Origin: an uncultured Gammaproteobacteria bacterium
Lineage (GTDB): Bacteria > Patescibacteriota > Microgenomatia > Levybacterales > GWA1-39-11
Length of the DNA: 64,000 bases
Direction: 5' to 3'
NCBI GenBank assembly: GCA_964627245.1
Contig: CAZVGS010000001.1
Coordinates: 89,256 to 153,255 of the forward strand
Positions 57,740-64,000 of the stretch are shown piece by piece (position 1 is the stretch's first letter; each line of letters opens with the position of its first letter). The notes beneath the pieces are model-generated. The model was given only the letters and a program-made list of their open reading frames with translations. It was not told the origin of the DNA and searched no databases. The translations under genes and the position numbers were made by a program.

Positions 57740-59201
57740 AAGAAGTCAAGGTGCACCCAATAGATTTACGCTCCGAAAAGAATACTTTGGCGGTCTGGTC
57801 CTTGATTCCCATTCACCCAAGAATGAATTTATCCAGCCAGATGAATATGAGTTTTTAAGCGAATTAAAAGAAACAGAAGCGGCTATATATGATCAAGTCG
57901 CCCAAAATAATCCCAATTTAGCCCAAAGAGTTGATGCTTTTGCCCAGACTGGATTTGTGGAAAAAGGTCCTAATGGTGAAATTCTTTTGACAAACATCAG
58001 ACTTGTGGATCCTCCTCAAACAATCCGCGAAGGCGTTCTTACCGCTCCCATACGTGTATACGATATGTATACCAGAAAATGCAATCTCACCTGCGAACAT
58101 TGCTACGCTGCAAGCAATCCATTTATTAAAGAGGATAGACGCACCTTAGATCAGACAGCAGATATCATGAGGAAGTTTTATGATGCCGGAGCTATAGAAT
58201 GGCGCTTCACGGGTGGGGAACCCACAGTTTACCCTGACTTATTTGACGCTATTGATGTTGCGCAAGGATTAGGTATGAATGTTAGCCTGAATTCAAATGG
58301 ATGGTGGAGCGAAAATACTGCAAAAAAAGTACTTAGTGCTGGAATATCAGAAATGGTAATTAGCATTGAAGGTGAACCAGGAACAAATGACTTAAGAAGA
58401 AAGGTGGGTTCTTATGATCATGTAGTCGACACTCTCGATAAAGTGGCGCATCACAATAAATTATATCCGGATAAATATATGAATGTAATTATAAATACCG
58501 CGGTAGGCAGGGATAATATAAATGACGTAGAATTTGTGGTAAGACTGGCTGCAAAATATGGACACGATATGAACTTTCTTCCATTAAAACCCAGCGGAAG
58601 AGCAAGACATGGACTGCAAACCACGATGCTAAGCCCAAGGGAATGGATGGAATTTTCAAGAAAAGTAAACGAACTTAGATCGGATCCCGAAATAAAAGAT
58701 TCAGGAATTAAACTCAGTCATAAATATAAAGATCTGTTCTGCCCTACTGCTCCTGATCAATCCAATAAACCTTATCCCTTTAACTATGCTGAGTGTGGAG
58801 CAACAACCACAGCTATAAGCATGTTTCCAGATGGAAGGGTTTTCGCATGCCCCTTCGTAATAGAATTTGATGTTAATAATAAATTCGTTGGCCCCAATAT
58901 GATTACGTCATCAGTGGAAGACGCATGGAACGACTTACATATTGACACATTCAGAACTGCCGAGAAAACGCAAGGCTGCTCTAATTGCGGACATCTATCA
59001 AAAGGGTGCAGGGGTGCATGCAAGGCAACAGTTCTTGGGTATGGAGGAGAAATATCGGACGGTAAATTAAAAGGAGAAGATCCGTATTGCTATGCAAATC
59101 TCATGAACGAGAATGGCAAAAACATAGTAATTCCTGAAGACAAAAAGCAAGGACGCCAAATGCTCCCACTTATTGCAATAGATGATATCCCCACACTATA
59201 A
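57729..59201 (+). CDS. radical SAM enzyme with C-terminal SPASM/twitch Cys cluster and an N-terminal extension of about 115 aa
   Basis: CNLTCEHCY (CxxxCxxC) at residues 118-126; C-terminal CSNCGHLSKGCRGACKA; 11-nt overlap with the ComB-like gene. Confidence 0.8.
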   Translation: MSAERSQGAPNRFTLRKEYFGGLVLDSHSPKNEFIQPDEYEFLSELKETEAAIYDQVAQNNPNLAQRVDAFAQTGFVEKGPNGEILLTNIRLVDPPQTIREGVLTAPIRVYDMYTRKCNLTCEHCYAASNPFIKEDRRTLDQTADIMRKFYDAGAIEWRFTGGEPTVYPDLFDAIDVAQGLGMNVSLNSNGWWSENTAKKVLSAGISEMVISIEGEPGTNDLRRKVGSYDHVVDTLDKVAHHNKLYPDKYMNVIINTAVGRDNINDVEFVVRLAAKYGHDMNFLPLKPSGRARHGLQTTMLSPREWMEFSRKVNELRSDPEIKDSGIKLSHKYKDLFCPTAPDQSNKPYPFNYAECGATTTAISMFPDGRVFACPFVIEFDVNNKFVGPNMITSSVEDAWNDLHIDTFRTAEKTQGCSNCGHLSKGCRGACKATVLGYGGEISDGKLKGEDPYCYANLMNENGKNIVIPEDKKQGRQMLPLIAIDDIPTL

Positions 59202-59483
59202 GTTCTATTAAAAATCTTGATACTTTCAGATTTTATATTTGGATTAATCCAGACAATTCCGCATAATAACTTCAATCTCGTAGAATAACTAGGTTAATAA
59301 CCTTGAATAGTCACCCATTCAACATGTTAATCAAATTAATATTATATGAAAAACTGATTGGGAACGAGAAAATATACTAAAATTAGGCTATCTAAGGTCA
59401 ATTACTTAAATTTTGTTATTAAATCCTGATTTGTTTGAGGCATTAATTTAGTTGGTCGCATAACTGTTGTGAGCTACCCGACC

Positions 59484-59633
59484 CTATTTTCGAACGGATT
59501 GTTTCTCACGCTTTAAAGGTTTGGGAAGTGTACCAGCAGCTTCTCTAGCTAGGAAATCATCAGCTAGTAATTCTGCAAGCTCATCTAATATTTCATCTTC
59601 AGTTTTCTTTTTCTTAACTACCTGACGGGACAT
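59484..59633 (-). CDS. small acidic ORF, 49 aa (MSRQVVKKKKTEDEILDELAELLADDFLAREAAGTLPKPLKREKQSVRK), speculative
   Basis: Overlaps the 3' end of the 161-aa ORF by 16 nt in another frame; below the ORF-track size cutoff. Confidence 0.2.
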   Translation of the reverse strand: MSRQVVKKKKTEDEILDELAELLADDFLAREAAGTLPKPLKREKQSVRK

Positions 59634-60103
59634 AATATAAAAGCATGATGATGAACAATAGTATTTTTATATTCTATTGATTCAAGAGAGGTAGTAACAC
59701 TTGTTTCAGGGTAACTACCGGTTAGTTTATATCTGTATTGCCAATCTCCCTCAGGTTCAGGTTCACAATCTTCCATTAATCTAGTCTTCTCTCCAAGTTC
59801 TAATATCATATGTTTTAAATATGAGCCCACTTCTTTATCAGATATACCTAATGACGATAAAACTTCATCATTTGGTGTTCCGCCAGCATACAAACGAGTA
59901 AAGGTTTCATCTCCTACACGGACCAGTTCCTGTCCCCCACCAGAGCTACTAGCAAACCACTCGTCATGATAAGTTGCACCCTCTGGAAGCTCAACATGAC
60001 TCACATTACCAGAAAAATCTCCACGATTTATACTTTCAGGTTTGCCTCCAGCATACCCAGCGTTTAGACCGTTTGTTAAAGCTGATTTAAATTCCTGTTT
60101 CAC
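59618..60103 (-). CDS. hypothetical protein, 161 aa
   Basis: Intact ORF; no recognisable motif. Confidence 0.4.
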   Translation of the reverse strand: MKQEFKSALTNGLNAGYAGGKPESINRGDFSGNVSHVELPEGATYHDEWFASSSGGGQELVRVGDETFTRLYAGGTPNDEVLSSLGISDKEVGSYLKHMILELGEKTRLMEDCEPEPEGDWQYRYKLTGSYPETSVTTSLESIEYKNTIVHHHAFILCPVR

Positions 60104-60221
60104 TAAGTTGATTATACACCACAGCCATAAGGGACTCGAACGAAAAGTGAAGCTATAAATTAAAAGTTAAAAGTGGAAATAGTGTTTTCGAACCAAGTTT
60201 TGAGGTCAAAAAGAAATGTTG

Positions 60222-60293
60222 TGATCCGGCAGGGACTCGAACCCTGAACCCAAAGCTTAAAAGGCTTTTGCTCTACCATTGAGCTACCGGACC
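60222..60293 (-). tRNA. tRNA-Lys (anticodon TTT)
   Basis: Hand fold: acceptor GGTCCGG/CCGGATC (one G-U), anticodon loop CTTTTAA, T arm CAGGG-TTCGAGT-CCCTG identical to that of tRNA-Lys(CTT). Confidence 0.75.
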
Positions 60294-60441
60294 ATTCGGC
60301 TCAACCTTGGCCTTGTTCCACATAACCTCAATTGAACCGACCCTAATTTTACCAAATTTAGCCTTGTCTACGCAAATACCCCGTTAATTTGACAAAAAGT
60401 AAAAAGTTGCCCATACTATGCGTGAAAGGAGGTGAAAGATA

Positions 60442-61098
60442 ATGAATAGTGTTAATGACATTTTAATTAACACCCTCAACGGCTCGGTCACAACAATAAT
60501 ATCTTTTATTCCGCTCTTTCTATCAGGCTTCATAATTCTTCTAATTGGAGTAATAGCTTCAACTTTTTTAAGACAAATTGTAAGAGAAAGCTTGAAATTT
60601 ATTAAGTTCGAGAGTTTTCTAAGAAAATACGGAGTACCGCAAACAAAAGAAGCAGCCGACTGGAGCACAATCCTATCAGAAATCGCCAGATGGTTTATTA
60701 TAATTGTCTTTCTGATACCAGCAGCTCAAATCTGGGGACTTGGAAAATTTGGAGATGTTTTGAATAACTTACTTCTCTTCTTACCAAATGTTTTTATATC
60801 TGTATTACTGCTTTTGGTAGGATTTGTTGTATCAAAGCTTGTTTATGACCTTTTGATTGCATCTGTACAAGGGCTTTCTAGAGACGGTGCCAAGAGCATT
60901 GCTTTAACCGGGAAATGGGCTGTCTTGGCATTTGTTTTTTTGATAGTATTAAATCAGCTTGGTATTGCAAGCGATCTAATACAAATTCTCTTCTCTGGAA
61001 TTGTAGCAATGATCGCTATTGCAGGAGGTCTGGCTTTTGGGCTTGGAGGTAAAGATACCGCCAAAGATATTATCGAAAAATTTAAAAAAAGACTTTGA
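60442..61098 (+). CDS. membrane protein with repeated conserved TM-helix modules (MscS-associated TM_helix-like)
   Basis: Four TM segments with the GxxxG-rich repeats ISFIPLFLSGFIILLIG and VLNQLGIASDLIQILFSGIVAMIAIAGG. Confidence 0.45.
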   Translation: MNSVNDILINTLNGSVTTIISFIPLFLSGFIILLIGVIASTFLRQIVRESLKFIKFESFLRKYGVPQTKEAADWSTILSEIARWFIIIVFLIPAAQIWGLGKFGDVLNNLLLFLPNVFISVLLLLVGFVVSKLVYDLLIASVQGLSRDGAKSIALTGKWAVLAFVFLIVLNQLGIASDLIQILFSGIVAMIAIAGGLAFGLGGKDTAKDIIEKFKKRL

Positions 61099-61142
61099 TT
61101 TGAGTTGAAACAAAATTTTTCGTATAATACGATTGCAACAAA

Positions 61143-61216
61143 AGGCCCCATCGTCTAGTGGCCTAGGACGTCGGGCTTTCATCCCGAAAATCGCGGGTTC
61201 GACTCCCGCTGGGGTC
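61143..61216 (+). tRNA. tRNA-Glu (anticodon TTC)
   Basis: Hand fold: acceptor GGCCCCA/TGGGGTC, anticodon stem TCGGG/CCCGA with loop CTTTCAT, T arm GCGGG-TTCGACT-CCCGC; lies inside the 5' extension of the called 466-aa ORF. Confidence 0.75.
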
Positions 61217-61257
61217 ACAATTAACTTGCTCACTTTGGTTGAGATTTATTTTGTCAT

Positions 61258-62533
61258 TATGGGTGTAGTACTTATTTTAGGAACTCAGTGGGGAGATGAG
61301 GGAAAGGGAAAAGTTATCGATGCGCTGAGCAAAAACTCGGAATTCGTTGTCCGCTTCCAGGGCGGTAACAACGCAGGACATACGGTCATAAATCCTCTTG
61401 GAGAATTCAAACTTCACCTAATTCCTGCTGGTGTATTTGAAAAAAAATCAAAAGTAGCAATAGCAAATGGTGTTGTAATTGATCCTGAAGTACTTGTTGA
61501 AGAAATTGAAAGTCTTGAAAAAGCAGGAATTGATCTCAAAAATAGGCTATACATATCTCCAAGATGCCATATTATTTTGCCTTATCATAAGCTTTTGGAA
61601 AAGGTGTATGAGGAGGCAAAAGGAAAAGGCAAAACAGGAACCACGGGGCGTGGAATAGGTCCTGTCTATTCGGATAAAGTCGGCTACAACGGCATCAGAC
61701 TTTATGACTTAATGGATCCTAAAAAATTTAAGAACAAGCTTGAAATTCAGCTTGGGTTAAAAAATGCAATTCTTAAATCATACGGAATAAAACCTTTGTC
61801 ATTTAGCACCATAGAAAAAACAATGAAACCTATACGAAAAAAGTTGCTGCCGTATATTAATGAACCCTTTCCCTTCATCCAAGAAGCATTAAAGAAAAAT
61901 AAAAAAATTATGATCGAGGGCGCGCAAGCTGTTTTTCTTGACAACGACTGGGGAACCTACCCATTCGTGACTGCTTCAACCATCGTTTCTGGCGGCATAA
62001 CGGGAGGTGCGGGAATTGCACCTAAATACCTGAAAGAAATTATTGGAGTAATCAAAGCATATACCACAAGAGTTGGTGAAGGACCTTTTCCGACTGAATT
62101 TGATGCTAGCGAAAGTGAGCATATCAGAAACCTTGGCCTGGAATTTGGAGCAACGACAGGAAGGGCAAGAAGGTGCGGATGGCTTGATTTGGAGATGGTA
62201 AGATTTGCAGTCGAGTTGAATGGAATTACTGACCTTGCACTAACCAAAATTGATGTCCTAGATACATACAAAGAAATAAAGCTCTGCACCGGCTACAAAT
62301 TGGAAGGCAAAATCCTGAGGTATTATGACGGTGATGAAATCTTTCTTGATAACGTAGAACCTGTATACAAGACGATGAAAGGCTGGCAATCAAGCACAAA
62401 AGGCGTAACCTTATTTGATAAGCTTCCTAGAGAAGCAAAAGCTTACATCGCGGAGATTGAAAAGCAGACAGGAGTAAAAGTCGCATACATCTCAACAGGT
62501 CCTTCAAGGGAAGAGATGATAGCAAGAAGCTAG
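61258..62533 (+). CDS. purA: adenylosuccinate synthetase
   Basis: MGVVLILGTQWGDEGKGK P-loop, GGNNAGHT and later PurA motifs; start placed at the Met after the tRNA (coordinate +/-1). Confidence 0.85.
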
Positions 62534-62994
62534 TCTATTTTTATAATCATATAGAAGACTTCGCCTTTCGGAGCATTTAGCACTGCCATATCTCCAACTT
62601 TTTTACCAATAAGTACCTTTCCCAAAGGTGAATGCTGAGAAATTTTTCTATTTGAAGGATCAGCTTCATAGTCTCCTACTATTGAAAAGACCGCTTGGTT
62701 TTTATTGTTTTCCACGGTAACTTTTGACCCTATACATACTCTATCCGAACCTGCTGTATCAGAAACTTCAGCAAGCTTTATCTGAATATCGAGTCTGAAT
62801 ATTTGGTTGTCAATTGACCTAAGCCTTGCTTTAGCAGCAGTATATAGCCCGTTTTCCGAAAGATCCCCCATACCTCGAGCATCAGCCAAGGTTCTGACTG
62901 CCTCAGGTCTTTCTTTTTTGAGTTTTTGAAGCTCATCTTGAAGTTTTTGGTATCCCTCCTTTGTTACGGGAATTCTTTTAATTTTCTTAATCAC
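62530..62994 (-). CDS. greA: transcription elongation factor GreA
   Basis: N-terminal coiled-coil then FKBP-like C-domain (VCIGSKVTVENNKNQAVFSIVG). Confidence 0.8.
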   Translation of the reverse strand: MIKKIKRIPVTKEGYQKLQDELQKLKKERPEAVRTLADARGMGDLSENGLYTAAKARLRSIDNQIFRLDIQIKLAEVSDTAGSDRVCIGSKVTVENNKNQAVFSIVGDYEADPSNRKISQHSPLGKVLIGKKVGDMAVLNAPKGEVFYMIIKID

Positions 62995-63044
62995 AATAAA
63001 GTGTATTATACCCTATTCTGTGGTATAATTAACACATACTACAG

Positions 63045-63070
63045 GACACGAGCAACTCGTGTCTTTTTTT
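63045..63070 (+). terminator. hairpin GACACGAG-caa-CTCGTGTC plus T7 in the 5' leader of typA, downstream of a TGgTATAAT extended -10 at 63021-63029
   Basis: Perfect 8-bp stem followed by TTTTTTT; possible leader attenuator. Confidence 0.3.
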
Positions 63071-63077
63071 GACTAAC

Positions 63078-64000
63078 ATGGACAGCGATCAAATAAGAAA
63101 TATTGCAATAATTGCTCACGTCGACCACGGCAAAACAACCCTTGTCGATTCTATGCTCAAGCAAACTCATACATTCAGGGATAACCAAAAAGAAATGAGT
63201 GAAAATCTTATCATGGACTCAAATGATCTTGAGAAAGAAAAAGGTATTACAATTCTGTCAAAAAATAACTCGGTTAAATATAACAATGACAGTATGCCAC
63301 ACGGTGTAAAAATAAATATTATCGATACTCCAGGGCATGCCGATTTTGGCGGTGAAGTTGAGAGGATACTCAATATGGCGGATGGAGCAATTCTATTGGT
63401 TGACGCAGTTGAAGGACCTCTTCCCCAAACCAAATTCGTACTTAAAAAAGCTCTTGAGAGACATCTTAAAATAATTCTTCTTATTAATAAAATAGACAAA
63501 AAAGACGCACGCCCCAATGAAATTATTCAGGAAGTCGAAGGACTTTTTCTAGAATTAGCAACACACGATGACCACCTAAATTTCAAAACCCTATATGCTG
63601 TGGGCCGTGATGGCAAGGCTTTTGACAAGCTTCCTCAGAATTACGACACAAATACGCAAGGGGATCTCAAACCATTGTTTGAAGCGATTGTTTCAGAAAT
63701 TCCGAACAGTATTAAAGATCAGAATAAACCTTTTCAAATGCTTATCTCAACACTTGATGCAGATCCTCATGTCGGAAAGATATGTATCGGAAAGGTAACT
63801 CAGGGAAAATTGAAAAAAGGAGACATGGTAGCGCTGGTTGATGAGGATAGAGTAATTGGAACCAACAGGGTCCAGAAATTATTTACAAGCATCGGTCTTG
63901 AGAGGGTTGAAGTTGATGAAGTAACTGCAGGAGATATTGTAGCAATTGCAGGAATTCCAAATCTTACAATTGGCCAAACCGTCGCAGACCCTTCAAATCC
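63078..64000 (+). CDS. typA: translational GTPase TypA/BipA (N-terminal part; runs off the window end)
   Basis: IAIIAHVDHGKTTLVD (G1), DTPGHADFGGEVER (G3), NKIDK (G4); the LIMDSNDLEKEKGITI context matches BipA better than LepA. Confidence 0.75.
   Translation, partial: MDSDQIRNIAIIAHVDHGKTTLVDSMLKQTHTFRDNQKEMSENLIMDSNDLEKEKGITILSKNNSVKYNNDSMPHGVKINIIDTPGHADFGGEVERILNMADGAILLVDAVEGPLPQTKFVLKKALERHLKIILLINKIDKKDARPNEIIQEVEGLFLELATHDDHLNFKTLYAVGRDGKAFDKLPQNYDTNTQGDLKPLFEAIVSEIPNSIKDQNKPFQMLISTLDADPHVGKICIGKVTQGKLKKGDMVALVDEDRVIGTNRVQKLFTSIGLERVEVDEVTAGDIVAIAGIPNLTIGQTVADPSN

Noticed and set aside
60131-60142. Interpreting the 12-nt tRNA T-arm copy as a definite attachment site
   Set aside because: It is only 12 nt with no adjacent element genes. 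It is kept as a low-interest observation rather than an annotated feature.

Overview
This is a low-GC bacterial chromosome segment. Its composition, short housekeeping proteins, weak ribosome-binding sites on host genes and heavy surface-protein content suggest a small-genome Patescibacteria/CPR-like organism; that assignment is inference.

The left quarter (about 4.1-20.2 kb) reads as an integrated mobile element. It has two plus-strand blocks of tightly packed, translationally coupled small ORFs: an RHH protein, several zinc-ribbon proteins, a wHTH initiator/regulator-like protein, and a 1094-aa repeat-bearing protein. These genes carry strong AGGAGG/GGGGGTG ribosome-binding sites, unlike the host genes. 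Between the blocks sits a minus-strand cargo operon with a processive GT2 polysaccharide-synthase-like gene and small secreted proteins. At the right end is a 558-aa large serine recombinase whose 3' end overlaps the 3' end of tRNA-Lys(CTT). I could not recognise any capsid, terminase or portal gene, so this may be a divergent prophage or a non-viral integrative element.

The rest is host sequence:
- tRNA-Arg, a GIY-YIG gene and tRNA-Lys
- a GT2 gene plus an LPG-synthase-TM/DUF2079-like membrane protein
- SecG
- UvrC, a transglutaminase-like protein, UvrA and UvrB
- divergent LexA with a candidate operator
- DedA, RsmI and enolase
- tandem cupin paralogues plus a phosphomannomutase
- a HolA-like gene, a Dus gene and ruvCAB
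- a MarR/MacAB-like efflux operon
- a kinase / Gfo-Idh-MocA / ComB-like / radical SAM-SPASM cluster
- tRNA-Lys(TTT) and tRNA-Glu(TTC)
- PurA, GreA and a partial TypA/BipA

No CRISPR array or rRNA was seen. All calls come from reading motifs by eye; no database searches were run.
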